From assembly GCF_001194135.2 (NCBI RefSeq), contig NC_068991.1, positions 48,986,008-49,050,007 of the forward strand: a DNA stretch of 64,000 nt, given 5' to 3'. The notes under the pieces are model-generated. The model did no database searches. It was not told the origin of the DNA and saw nothing but the letters and a program-made list of their open reading frames with translations. Positions 25,379 to 39,069 of this stretch are shown here, piece after piece. Within the stretch, counting starts at the first letter, position 1; every line of letters begins with the position of its first letter. This DNA is from Octopus bimaculoides (Eukaryota). Position numbers and translations under genes: made by a program.

Positions 25379-26569
25379 NNNNNNNNNNNNNNNNNNNNNN
25401 NNNNNNNNNNNNNNNNNNNNNNNNNNNNNNNNNNNNNNNNNNNNNNNNNNNNNNNNNNNNNNNNNNNNNNNNNNNNNNNNNNNNNNNNNNNNNNNNNNNN
25501 NNNNNNNNNNNNNNNNNNNNNNNNNNNNNNNNNNNNNNNNNNNNNNNNNNNNNNNNNNNNNNNNNNNNNNNNNNNNNNNNNNNNNNNNNNNNNNNNNNNN
25601 NNNNNNNNNNNNNNNNNNNNNNNNNNNNNNNNNNNNNNNNNNNNNNNNNNNNNNNNNNNNNNNNNNNNNNNNNNNNNNNNNNNNNNNNNNNNNNNNNNNN
25701 NNNNNNNNNNNNNNNNNNNNNNNNNNNNNNNNNNNNNNNNNNNNNNNNNNNNNNNNNNNNNNNNNNNNNNNNNNNNNNNNNNNNNNNNNNNNNNNNNNNN
25801 NNNNNNNNNNNNNNNNNNNNNNNNNNNNNNNNNNNNNNNNNNNNNNNNNNNNNNNNNNNNNNNNNNNNNNNNNNNNNNNNNNNNNNNNNNNNNNNNNNNN
25901 NNNNNNNNNNNNNNNNNNNNNNNNNNNNNNNNNNNNNNNNNNNNNNNNNNNNNNNNNNNNNNNNNNNNNNNNNNNNNNNNNNNNNNNNNNNNNNNNNNNN
26001 NNNNNNNNNNNNNNNNNNNNNNNNNNNNNNNNNNNNNNNNNNNNNNNNNNNNNNNNNNNNNNNNNNNNNNNNNNNNNNNNNNNNNNNNNNNNNNNNNNNN
26101 NNNNNNNNNNNNNNNNNNNNNNNNNNNNNNNNNNNNNNNNNNNNNNNGGGGTTGGGGGGCATCTTTGTATGGCAAAAGTTTTGAAAGCTCTATTTTATAC
26201 ACCCCCGCTCTCATCATCCCACTCCGGACCTACTTGGGCCAATTTTTGTTTTGCACTTCAAAACCATGGGATGAGCATTTTCGGCAAAAAAGTTGGAAAA
26301 TTTTGTTAATATTTTCGGAGGGAAACGTGATTTAAGGGTGATTTAGTTGTTGCTTCTTGCACATCCAAAGAAAACCCTCCTCGTTTCTTTATCACTCGCA
26401 TGTATTGATGGTTTTCAATGTTTTCCCCTATAAATACATTTATATGCTATAAAAAAGAAAATTTGAGAAATTATGAATTTTTTTGCACCCCCACTCCCTG
26501 CCCCTGATTGTTTGTGTAGAAATTAAAATACTGGAGACACTGAGAAGGTCATTGACGACATTTATCCAC

Positions 26570-26822
26570 AGTGGTTTTAAAAAATTACGGAGATGTACTT
26601 GTATAGCAAGTGACTTGATCTGAGATCGTGTGCTGAAACAAAAGCAATTACAGCGTGGAAAATGTTTGTAAATCATTCAAGAACACACAAATACCGTTAG
26701 TTTCACTTCAACATTAAAACTTCATTTGTGTCAAAATATTTTCGTCGCTTTGAAACCGCGACCTGTTCACTGACAAAACTTCACAAAAGTAAAGCAGCAC
26801 GGAGTTTTGTCAGTGAATAGCG
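26570..26822. mobile_element. Short Penelope-type element with inverted termini
   Basis: TGTTCACTGACAAAACT (26764-26780) and its inverted copy AGTTTTGTCAGTGAATA (26803-26819) flank a short spacer. The left arm carries the hammerhead fold. Confidence 0.5.
26726..26778 (-). ncRNA. Minimal type I hammerhead ribozyme fold with G3:C8 variant core
   Basis: Minus strand: TTTTGTCA-GTGAACA-G-GTCGC(GGTTTCAAA)GCGAC-GAAA-ATAT-T-T-TGACACAA. Helix I TGTCA/TGACA, 5 bp helix II, GAAA, palindromic AATATT helix III. Confidence 0.6.
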
Positions 26823-27726
26823 CGCAAACACACACACACACACACACACATTCATTGCCTTTCCTTTGTGTGTATGTGTATCTATGTGTGTGTGCGAGTG
26901 TGCATTAGAGTGTGTGTGTCACTGTTGAAGTTGTGTTTGGAAACTGTGAATAAGGTGCAAGTCTCGAGTACTTGTTAACTTTTTTCTCCTCGTCTTCTAA
27001 TAGTAATTACCCAACTTTCTTGGCTCTTCTCACAGCTATCCTGCGTTCAAAATTTATACGGGTATTTTAAAAAATTTTCATTCAACAAATAATATTTTTA
27101 CATTACGTATACATTAATACCGAATGAAAACTTACAAGAGAAAGTGAGAGACTTTGCAAATGAAAATGGAATATTCCGCAGTGAATGCAATGAATATTTA
27201 TTTTTGTGATGAATTTGACGNNNNNNNNNNNNNNNNNNNNNNNNNNNNNNNNNNNNNNNNNNNNNNNNNNNNNNNNNNNNNNNNNNNNNNNNNNNNNNNN
27301 NNNNNNNNNNNNNNNNNNNNNNNNNNNNNNNNNNNNNNNNNNNNNNNNNNNNNNNNNNNNNNNNNNNNNNNNNNNNNNNNNNNNNNNNNNNNNNNNNNNN
27401 NNNNNNNNNNNNNNNNNNNNNNNNNNNNNNNNNNNNNNNNNNNNNNNNNNNNNNNNNNNNNNNNNNNNNNNNNNNNNNNNNNNNNNNNNNNNNNNNNNNN
27501 NNNNNNNNNNNNNNNNNNNNNNNNNNNNNNNNNNNNNNNNNNNNNNNNNNNNNNNNNNNNNNNNNNNATATATGAGTATATGTATATATGTGTATATGCG
27601 TATAGGCAGTTAGGTAGTTGTAGATACGTGTATACATTATGAGGATTTGAAGGTCCACTTCCTTTAGTTAGAAGTGATATTATCGTGGATGGGAATCTGT
27701 ATTGATATAAATACATATATACATAC

Positions 27727-27770
<44 letters not shown>

Positions 27771-28262
27771 GTACATAATACAAACATGCATACATACATA
27801 CATACATACATACATACAACCCATAAATACACTCATCCCATGGGAATTAAACTATCAGGAATTAATGTCACAGTCATGTAAAACAGAGAGCGAGAGTGAG
27901 ACGAGAGGGCGGGAAAGAGAGACAAAGAGAAAGAGCGAGAGAGAAAAACATCACAAAGAATGTCGAACTTCATAAATTCATTACCATAACATGAATTCAT
28001 TAAACAAACATTTTAAGTTGCTTATTAGCTGACACTACATGAATTGTACACAATAATATCGTGATTAATATTCTGATATCAGATGGGAAGCGAAATCAAA
28101 TTTCTAATCGATATTTCAACGTCTTTTCTCTGAGAAAATAACTTATGGCTTCTTTTTTTTCCTGTATTCTGGTGCGAGTATGTGTGTACGTGCGCGTGTG
28201 TGTAACTGTGCGTGTGTGCGTGCATGTGTGTGTGTGAATCTATCTATCTATCTCTCTATCTA

Positions 28263-28308
<46 letters not shown>

Positions 28309-28673
28309 AGTCAATCTATCTATCTATCTATCTATCTATCTAGTCTTTGGAGCTGTAGTTCTCTTAAAAGTTTGTTAAAGTGTTATGACCTCAGCAACAT
28401 ACATACAATTCTCGCTGATAAAATTTTGAAAATGGACAGAGAAATTCGAAGGTTTTGGTCCAATGATACAATAACTGTCACGTGTACAGGATATGTCAGC
28501 GCATGCACCACGGACAGCCTTAACGAAAAGAGTGTTTCAACCCAAAATTTACATGCTATTCTTTATAGGAGAATATGTATCGCTTCCAGAATTATTATTT
28601 CCAGAAAAGAATCATTTTTGACATCCTCTCAAAAGTTTTATATACAATGCATATATATATATATATATATATG

Positions 28674-28891
28674 AATTGAAGTGTACATTATTATTTATCC
28701 ATTACGGCCGATTTTACTAGTCGGTTTCGCGCTACAGATTCGAAAGAGTGTTATGTAACAATCCGATTATGTAACCCTGTGATTATCAGAGGTACTCGTT
28801 GTGGAATGAAATATAGCGATTCCGTTGAATCCCAAGCACGAAATCGATTAAGATCGGCCGCAATGAGTATATAACTCTGTACACTTCGATT
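28674..28891. mobile_element. About 220 bp MITE with bipartite TIRs
   Basis: AATTGAAGTGTACA..CATTACGGCCGATTTT versus AAGATCGGCCGCAATG..TGTACACTTCGATT (reverse complements). Confidence 0.7.
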
Positions 28892-28998
28892 AATACACCC
28901 AGTCTATTGACACGTGTGTTTGTGTATGGGTGTGTGTCTATAGACACACATACACATACACGCAAACACGCACATTTTTACACATACATGAGTATGTA

Positions 28999-29042
<44 letters not shown>

Positions 29043-30510
29043 TATGTCAATCAGTTGGATCTGATCAGGGGACACAAGGAACAAATTTTATAGGGATTGT
29101 TTGTTATACAGGCGTGGAAACAAGCGGACAAGTAGTTATTAGGAAAAACAACGAAATGGTTTTAGAATTTCCCAAGTATTTCAACAGAAACGAATGGAAC
29201 AATTCTGGATAGGACACACAGTAAGAGTTTAGTACACTAGGCGACCGCCTAAGGCACCAAAATTAGATGGGATTAGATATCATTTCTTATTCTATCTAGA
29301 ATAAAAGAAAGCATACAAATTAAAATTCTCTTGCCTAAGTTTTCGGGTCAGGGATACATTAACACCCTCCCCACTTTCCTCAACTAATCTTGGAATCCGT
29401 GAACCGTGTCATAGATACTGCCTAGCCGTATGACTAAATGATAAAAAGTCATGTTATTCACACATACGCACGTAACCTTCACCACTCATTTTCTCTAGCG
29501 AAGTATCGAACCGTACTGCGTCACTTCTCCAGTGCACAATCACTGCCTACTCTTATAATACCCTCCCACAAACATAATGTCTTACTCGAAGTTGTACACG
29601 AAGCTGTACACATTCACCCAAGACAATGTTTGCACAGTTATCTTTTCGCTCACACACATACACACCCATCGCGCACGCACACATGCGCACAACTGTTTAA
29701 ACATCTAATTCACTTCAATTGCTCATCATTTTTCCCCAACTATTTCCCAGCACACATCCACAAAATCATTTTACGAAGCCTCGCATACCACACACCACCC
29801 ACCAACGGCTTCCTCCATTCGCAATCCGCATATCACACATATTTTGTCCATACATCTTATACATAAATGGCAATTTCGGTCTGTCGATTTGTCTGCTATC
29901 ATCTTGTTGTCTACACCAGTGAGCCAATCTTGAAACTTTGCATACATGTTATACTAACATCCAGGTCACTTATAGGCTAAATGAATTGCAATGAAAATCT
30001 ATAATGGGCCCCCTAGTAGGTTTGGGCTATTATTTGATAAAATGAGAATGGCTCAAAGAGTGTTAGTGTGAGGGAAATGTGGTGGCATATTGAGTGTGGC
30101 TGATATCAGGGAAAGGGAGGACAGCGTTGTGTAAGCGACAAATACGAAGTGGCAATGGAATGGTAATGTTAATACAGGTGTCATTCATGGATGGTAAACG
30201 CGACGCTGATTACCTACTTTCGTAAATACATAGATACATGCATACACACACTACACACACACATACACACACACTTATGCACATACATATAACTAACTTT
30301 TAAAACGCCAAGGAAGGGAAAGAAAGGTGTGAGGAATACGTAGCTTTAAGGAGAGGAGCAGCTGGCTTTTCTGCTGTCCATCGCAAAGAAACACTCACAC
30401 ACACACATTCATACATACACATATATACGTATATACATACATATGTTTACTATACACCATTTTAAACTCGTGATTACCTGTGTGTACACTTGTAAATGTG
30501 TGCGTGTGTG

Positions 30511-30603
<93 letters not shown>

Positions 30604-32632
30604 TTTTCTACAAGTGTCTGTTTCTTTACTTTTGTAGTGTCTTCCCTGCTGCTATCATATACTGTGAAATTTTGAAATTATGTCAAAATTTTCAAATTTC
30701 GTATGTTGAGATAATTTTCCACGTTACATCTGATTTTGCTATTTATTTGTTCCAGAACAATTTCAGAAAAATGTTACTGAGGTTTAAAATTTAATCAGTT
30801 TTACCTGATCAGAAAACAGAATTTGAAAGCTGGCATTTTTTTTTACATGATAGCTGTCTATCACAAAATGAACGCAAAATCATTACGCGGAAGAACTTTT
30901 ATTAAACAAACGAAAGCAAAGCATCACGACAACCAAAGTTGTAAGAATTTATGAAGTTTTCATAAGTGAAATGGTCGAACAGACACGCAAATAATTTAAA
31001 AAGGAAAAAATCCTCAACGAAGCTTTTTTGCAAAATTTGCACAAATCTGTCCCGATCGAGACACCTGTCTGTCGGGGAAGGCATGGTCTGACATGGAATA
31101 CACAAAAATTTGTTTATTGTACATTTTATTGTAAAACTTGCACGGCAACAACGGGCTATTCAGCTAGAACACGCATACTTAATTCATTTCAGTACAACAA
31201 ATTATACCACGCACACTTGTCACGCTTATCTTTTTTAATCTTCACTCTCCTTTATTGAAAACAATTTGTTCATTCCTTGACTTCCAGTATAGTACACGCT
31301 CGTTTTCCCCAACTTCCTTTCTTTTTTTCCATTTCCTTTCTTTCTCTTACCTTTTCTAACGGAAACGTAGCCTTCTTTTCCTATCTCTTCCTTTGCCAGG
31401 TTTGCATTGACTTCGATTTTGTTTTTTTTTGTTTTTTTTACTTCATGAATTGGTTTTTGTATACTCGTATTATTTACGTAGATAAGTACTGCTAATACTT
31501 GTGATGAAGACGAAGTTGTTTAAGGCAAATTAACAAACTGGTAGATGCAAGATCAGAGAAAGAAACAAAAAGCCATACTGCAGTACCTGTCGCAGTTTTA
31601 ATAAAAGTAGACTGTTTAGAAAGATAACTGACGATAGACATAGCATAATCGTACATAAGTACATATGACGGTCGTTAGATGCTGAAAGAGAGAAAAATAT
31701 GATGAAATTCAAAATGAGATGTTCTGTTTCGTTTTTAATTTCTAATACAAATATCGGAATAACAAATGCTAGCAAAGAAATTGTTAGGAAGAACATGAAT
31801 CAGGAAATACTTCTACGAACTGCTGAAAGATGAAAAATAGAGGGGCGTGTTTACTTAAAACGGCACCATAGATCAAACTACTAATGGTTATACTAGAAAA
31901 CCCTGGCTAGTGACACAAAACTACTAAATGTGCAACTGAGCACCAGTAAGGAATATTGAAAATATAGGGGTTGAGTGATCTCAAAGATTTCAGATGGAGA
32001 TTGCCTTTGTTAATCTCTATAAACCTTGATCTTTGATAGTGTGTATATATATATATATACACAAATCCTCTGTGTGGTTGTCCAGCAAAGAATTGCGGTA
32101 ACCTCATACCTCGTCTAACGCCGGAAGGATCCTTCGTATGTATGTATGTATGTATGTATGTATGTATGTACGTATGTATTCATGTATGTATGTATGTATG
32201 TATGTATGTATGAGTTCTTTTCGGTTTGGCGTGCCAGTACGAGGATATTTGGATGGATATTTTCGATACATAATTCGCGGAACTTTACATGTTCTCTGTC
32301 GTGGAGACGATTTGTATCTATTTCCGTTGATTATGTTTTGCAACGACATCACTGATGAGCTACAGATGATTTCGTTGGTAATCATTAATAGCGACATCTT
32401 AAGGTATGAAGTTAATTGCTTTATTTTGTCTCCTCCCATTTGTCTTGCTCGCATACATTCTGGCGTTTGCTAAACGTTTTTGAGAAAATATTCTTCGTGG
32501 CAAGGCGATTTGGCTTCTTCTATCGTACTAGGTATCCATCCTGGTGGCTATTCCTCTTATTTATATATGTAATATATGTGTATGTGTGTGTGTGTGTGTG
32601 CGTGCGTGCGTGCGTGTGTGTGTGTGCGTGTA

Positions 32633-32669
<37 letters not shown>

Positions 32670-32680
32670 ATACATACATC

Positions 32681-33801
32681 CACACACAGACATGACTGAA
32701 GTAAATAGATACCCTTTTAATCGTCAAAATTTATTTAAATCTGAAAATATATTCAAATTACATATTGATTGTCATCATAATGTGAATATTTAATATTTAA
32801 TAGACATGTCCTTTGCATTTTTCAATGCAAGGACCCTCTTAGGGACGCTATTGATCAGATGACGAATATTCCCTTGAGAAATTTCTTGCCAAGCTTCATG
32901 CAGTAATCTCAAAAGATCTAGCTTTGAGGATGCTTTCTTGTCCTTTTTACGAAGTGTCCTGTCCATTATGCCGCAGATGTGTACAATAGGGTTCATATCT
33001 GGTGACACTAGTTGGCATGGAAACTTTTCTAATGCCATTCTCTTTCAACCAATCTTGGGTTCTTTAGCCGTGTGACAAGTAGCTCCATCTTCCATTAATA
33101 GTGAGTCTTGTTTAATCATTTCATTACTAGTGAAGATTGAAAGGAGATCTTTACAATATAAACACATATTTATCTGTGTTTATGCTTCCCTCACACTCCA
33201 ACAGCGAATCTGAACTCATCAGAGAATATGACAATGTCTCAAAATGCTAGCGGCCTCTCCACAGTCTCATTAGCCCAATCTTTTCTCCGCTTGATATTGG
33301 TTGGTCGAAGAAGTGGCTTCCTTCTTGCTGCTATGCCATGGTAGCCAAGTTTGTGGAGATACCCGACAGCTGTTCTGGGACTGATATCAACATGTTCCGC
33401 TGGTTCAGAAGTCATGCAACGAGGATTATCCTCCACACTGCTCTTAACATAGCGAAGGATCCTGCTAGAAGGCCCTCGTCGACTAGGCGAGGTGATGTGA
33501 ACAGCTTCTTCTCTCTGATGAATTGCACAATTACTCTATTAACTGTAGAAAGCGGGATCCCTGGGTTTTCTGCGATTTTATGCTAAGGCTACCTTCAGAT
33601 CGACCTACAATGCAGCCTCTTTCAAATTCGAACAGTTCCAACGCTTCTTTTGAACGTAGCATGATTAAACAGTCACATATAGAACCTGAAATGCAAAAAT
33701 GTCAATTAATAAAAAAATAACCTTTTCAAGTTAAAATATGCATAAAAACATAAAACGATGTTTTAGAGTGTCTAATTAATTCTGTCATGTTCGAGTGTGT
33801 G
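32681..33801 (-). mobile_element. Tc1/mariner (DD34E-type) transposon relic with both TIRs
   Basis: Left TIR CACACACAGACATGACTGAAGTAAATAGATAC versus right TIR reverse complement CACACTCGAACATGACAGAATTAATTAGACAC. The right end is followed by TA. Confidence 0.85.
32790..33662 (-). pseudogene. Tc1 transposase pseudogene
   Basis: MLRSKEALELFEFERGCIVG (HTH), LHKLGYHGIAARRKPLL, IFSDEFRF (D1), MEDGATCHTAK (D2), SPDMNPIVH (catalytic E changed to V) and AWQEIS..LINSVPKRV..AK..IKY. Frameshifts and an internal deletion are present. Confidence 0.9.
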
Positions 33802-33835
33802 TATATGTGTGTGTGTGCAACTATGTATACATATT

Positions 33836-33879
<44 letters not shown>

Positions 33880-34180
33880 NNNNNNNNNNNNNNNNNNNNN
33901 NNNNNNNNNNNNNNNNNNNNNNNNNNNNNNNNNNNNNNNNNNNNNNNNNNNNNNNNNNNNNNNNNNNNNNNNNNNNNNNNNNNNNNNNNNNNNNNNNNNN
34001 NNNNNNNNNNNNNNNNNNNNNNNNNNNNNNNNNNNNNNNNNNNNNNNNNNNNNNNNNNNNNNNNNNNNNNNNNNNNNNNNNNNNNNNNNNNNNNNNNNNN
34101 NNNNNNNNNNNNNNNNNNNNNNNNNNNNNNNNNNNNNNNNNNNNNNNNNNNNNNNNNNNNNNNNNNNNNNNNNNNNNNNN

Positions 34181-34256
<76 letters not shown>

Positions 34257-34604
34257 TGAATATGTACGTAGATAACCGTCTATATCTGCATTTATGTACA
34301 TGTATTTATTTGCATTCTTTGTTATTGTTATGGAAGTGTTCGAATACTATAAAAGTGTGTGATCAAACTTTCTCTCAAAAACAGGAGTTTGATATCTTCC
34401 ACTTTACTTTTCAAGTAGTTCCGAAAGCTGGCAAAGCTATCATTTAGATAAAGAATCTGTCAAAGAATATTATAGCTTTGGCATTCTGATCCCTTTTCCA
34501 TGGATTAACCCACCAACCCATCACGTTGTGTGGAGAGAGATAACACTTACCTTCTCGTTGTCAATGATGAACTGCAATTGGAAGAGGAGTTGAACAAATT
34601 GAGG

Positions 34605-34609
<5 letters not shown>

Positions 34610-34677
<68 letters not shown>

Positions 34678-34929
34678 AACAACAATAATAATAATAACAA
34701 TGATAATTATGGTTTCAAATTTCGGCACAGGGCTAGCAATTTCGGGGGAAGGGCTAAGTCGATAACATGAACCCCAGTGCTCAACTGTTACTTATTTTAT
34801 TGGCCCCTAAAAGATAAAAAGCAAAGTCAATCACGACGGAATTTGAACTCAGAACATAAAGAAGGACGAAATGCCGCTAAGCATTTTGCCCGGCGTGCTA
34901 ACGATTCTGCCAGCTCACCGCCTTAATAC

Positions 34930-35027
<98 letters not shown>

Positions 35028-35030
35028 GAG
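34610..35030. repeat. (AAT)n array containing a minus-strand SINE A (34708-34926), switching to (ATT)n near 34990
   Basis: Direct reading of the sequence. Confidence 0.9.
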
Positions 35031-35620
35031 TGAGAGAGCAGTTCATGCTATCAAAGTGACGCTGGGGTAAAATATACGAAGCCCAATACACCCATCATGG
35101 CTACCCGTCTGATAAGGGTACACCAGACACAACCATACGTGCATCACAACCATACGTGCATCACAACCATACGTGCGCGACATGGTAATCTCATACCAAG
35201 ATAAACAGCGCATGACCTCGCAGGTGGGGCCCAGTTAGAATTTTCTGCAGGTCGCGTAGCCTATCTTGCTCAAAAGGTCCCTGAATAAATGGATGTTTAA
35301 GGATGATGAACAAAGCACCCACGCCTCCAGAGGTGGATTATACAAACTCTAAAGAATTCTTCTCAAGACATGGCTATGATGCTCCATCGCTACTTCTGCA
35401 CGTGATTATAGATACACATATTGTCAGCCACTAAGGGACATGCTCAACTGGTTAAGGTCAAACAACTGACAAGCAAATCTGTGGTATTGAGCAGAATATT
35501 TGCTGTAGCTCATCTTTTATACCAAGTCAAAAGAATGTACATGATAACACTTCCAATCAGTTAAGATCAGAAGTCATGGGAGCCACTGCCTGGTACTGCA
35601 TCAGGGCAGTGGAACTGCAT
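35030..35620. mobile_element. Unclassified about 600 bp repeat-like element with an internal 17 bp tandem (ACAACCATACGTGCATC, about 3 copies)
   Basis: GC-richer non-coding block abutting the (ATT)n tract. Tandem at about 35128-35176. Class not determined. Confidence 0.4.
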
Positions 35621-36878
35621 CAGAGCAGAAGGTACTCTTGTTATTATTATCATTATAATTCTTTCTGCTATAGCAAAACCTGAAATTTTGGGGTTGGCAG
35701 CTAGTCGATTACATCAACTCTATTTGTTCGACTGGTACTTCCTAATGATACTTTCGTTATTGACTACGGGGGCTGCAAATTAACAACAATAATAATAACG
35801 CTATCAGCATTAGCAATAAAATGAAGCATCAATAATAGCAAAGAATAACAGTATCAATACCAACCACCATGATATCAACAACAGCAACATTAGCAAGAAT
35901 GATATCAGCAACAACAACAACTACAGCAACAACAACAGCAACAACATCAGTAGAAAAAGGTTGGTAGCAAAAACATCAGCACCAGCAAAAATGACACCAG
36001 TAACAAGAAGAATACCAACGAACACAACAACATCAGCAACAACGGAATCAACAATAAAGATCCTCCCTCATATCCAGTAGGGCCTCCTGCTCGGTTAGAA
36101 ATGGTAATGAAATTCCCCTCAAATACACTCCGACATTTGTAAAAAACAGATATATTTGATAATGCAGTTCTAGACATCGCGAAAAAAAAATTAGAGGAGA
36201 TGGTCATGGTTGGAATATACTTGATTATAGGCTTACTCAATCAGGGATTTAGGTTTTAAGTAACAACAGAAACAATAATGGCGATTAGAGCAAGAAACAT
36301 TACAACAACAGCAACAACACCTTCATCAATGGCTGCAATGCATTAAGAGCAAACATGAAAACGTAAGGACGTTCCCCGTTGTTAATAAAAATACCAGTGG
36401 TTCCATCAGTGTCCCCCCCTACCAGCCTATCTATCCTCACTCTCCCTTAGATGCCGACATTTTGTTTATCTACTCCCGAACCGACCTTCACGCCTCCTAC
36501 CGACCTACCAGACATTATAGATTTCATTGATTTCGCAAATATGTATGTATTTTTCGGTTATTGCCTTTCTCGGCTACAGCAAAGTCTGCGACACTGGCAG
36601 CAGCTATGATGAGAGAGCTTCCGCATACTAACTTAATCTGTTAGACATAGCAACCAATTATCCCGCAAACCTAGTAATGCTGTTATAGGGAAAAAAAGGA
36701 AAGTGATTGAACTATATACATCCGGACTTCGATATAGTACTCTTCAAACAAAGACGAGATGAATAAGACTGCAACAGTCAGGACTAAACTGGGGCTAACG
36801 ACGACGGAGACATCAACAGCAACTGCAAAAACAACAACAAACCAGTACTAAGGATTTATCTATACGGTCGTTAGAGCA

Positions 36879-37368
36879 TGTATGTATGTATGTATGTAGG
36901 TAGGTAGGTATGTATGCATGTATGTATGTATGCATCTATCTATCTTTTTTATCTATCTATGTATGTATGCATACATGCATGTATGTATGGATGCATATAT
37001 GTATGAATGCATGTATATATGCATGCAAATATGTATATATGTATGCGTGAATGAATGTATATACCTATATGTAAGCATGCATGCATGTATGTATGTATGT
37101 GTGTATATATGTATGTATGTATGTATGCATGTATGTATGTGTGTACGTATGTGTGTATGAATGTAAGCATGCATGTACGTATGCATAAATGTACGTGTGT
37201 ACCGATGTATGTACGTATGTATGTATGTACGCAAGTATGGATGTATAAATGCTTGTATGTATATATGTATGTATGTATGTATGTGTGTGTGTATGTGTGT
37301 ATGCGTGCATGTATGTATGTATGTATGTATGTATGTATGTATGTATGCATGCATGTATGTATGTATGT
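36879..37368. repeat. Degenerate (TATG)n/(TGCA) microsatellite field
   Basis: Direct reading; explains the overlapping MYVC/HTYI ORFs. Confidence 0.9.
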
Positions 37369-37609
37369 AAGAATAACCACAAATCTAATTACTGATATTT
37401 CCAATGCATCTAATACATACGATTCAAGGTTAGGCAACAAATTGTTACGTGGATATCCTCTTCGGTCGTTATAAGCGAAAAACGCTGATGAAAATGCCCT
37501 CTATGGAATATATTTGTAAATGTATGTATGCGGGAGTGAGAGAAAGTACGTATCGAATTTACATCTGTATAATGCACGACAAAAAACAACTTTATCATCC
37601 AAAAGTGCA

Positions 37610-38050
37610 TTGTACATAGTTTTGCACATTATACAAATGTTCAAAAATCAGAACGTTAGTGCATTGCATATAATCTGCTCCAAATACGTCTGAAATATGG
37701 ATTTTTCATTTCCTTAATTGCTTCTGCTGACTATAGATTTTATTTGATTCTAAAAAGCACTAAGAACTTTATGAGAGGTTCTTCATATGTGGACAAGATG
37801 TACCCACTTTAGTGAAAAGGACATGACTGGACATTTCGCATTTCAGCACAATTTAGCCCTTCCTCTTCGAAACAGGGAGATTGTTAGCATGCCAAAATTT
37901 TGTTAACACACTTGGTTGATTGATCAATGTAGTTGCTACGAACATCCTTTGTCTTTTAAGATACGTAGTTCAATTTGAAAATGCACAAATTGATTCATAT
38001 ATTCGCTTTTCTTTACGTCTAATGTATAACCTTTTGTATACAGGTTACCA
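37610..38050 (-). mobile_element. Possible decayed hAT transposase C-terminus
   Basis: Minus frames FQIELRILKDK..FWHANNLP..VLFT.VGTS..HISDV..NVQ loosely follow the Buster/SPIN-type dimerisation region. Very degenerate. Confidence 0.3.
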
Positions 38051-38982
38051 CAATATTATACCAAATATCAATTGTTCGAATTAGTGCCGTTCCTGTTCAG
38101 CTGGAGAAGTGCTTCAACTATCAATAGTTCCAGAGATTGAAAACAGTAGTTTATGTGGTTATATGGCTAAAATAAAAGTAATTAAATAATGTGTTCTAAT
38201 TGTTTTTATTCATTTTTTACATGTACTAGTATAAAGTACGCAATATACAGACATACTTTTCTTTATCTAAAAACAAAAAAAAAACTGCGAATTATACACG
38301 GGGTGGAGCGCATTATGTTGATTAATACATCACACACACACTAACAAACACACGCGTGAACATACACACATGCATACACACACACTAGTAGTTAGAGTAT
38401 TGCACGCACGATCGAAAGTTCTTGAGCAAAATATTTCAGGTTTTCTCCGATCCCTTTCACATCTGACGTGTAGCACACCATGCACCAGTGAAAGCAATGT
38501 CAATTTGATAAGAGGAGTGACCTAGTGTATAGCACAAACATTTGACAACTATAAACAATTCATCTGTGTATTTGTTTAGCAATAAATCGAGGAAACATTC
38601 ATCTGTAGTCTACAAAAGGAGAGTCCACAATATGCATATATATATATATATATGTATAGGTCTATATGTATGTACGTAAGTATGTATATATCTATATCTA
38701 TCTATCTATATCTATATCTATCAAAATAAGCGACAAAGATATCCAGAGGTAATGCAGTACGATCGTTTCATTCAACTCCATTTAATTGAACAATGCTATG
38801 ATTACATCGATTTAAAATGCAGAGCAATCCTCAGCTGCACAAAGACATAGAATTTAATTAAATTAGAAAAGATGGACACATTAGTATAATTATACCTAAA
38901 ATCGCCAAGAAGTTAAGGAGATAGACAAAGAACGGGTTACCTCTACTGCAGCATATAGCTGTATGTAGCATATCTCTCTCTT

Positions 38983-39013
<31 letters not shown>

Positions 39014-39035
39014 TTATATATATGTGTGTGTGTGT

Positions 39036-39069
<34 letters not shown>

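Noticed and set aside
29855-31167. Possible Helitron (A|TC start at 29855, CTAG ends at 30016 or 31167)
   Set aside because: No clear subterminal hairpin and the 31167 end is not followed by T; boundaries cannot be supported.
32352-32375. CTGATGA motif
   Set aside because: No downstream helix II/GAAA; not a hammerhead.
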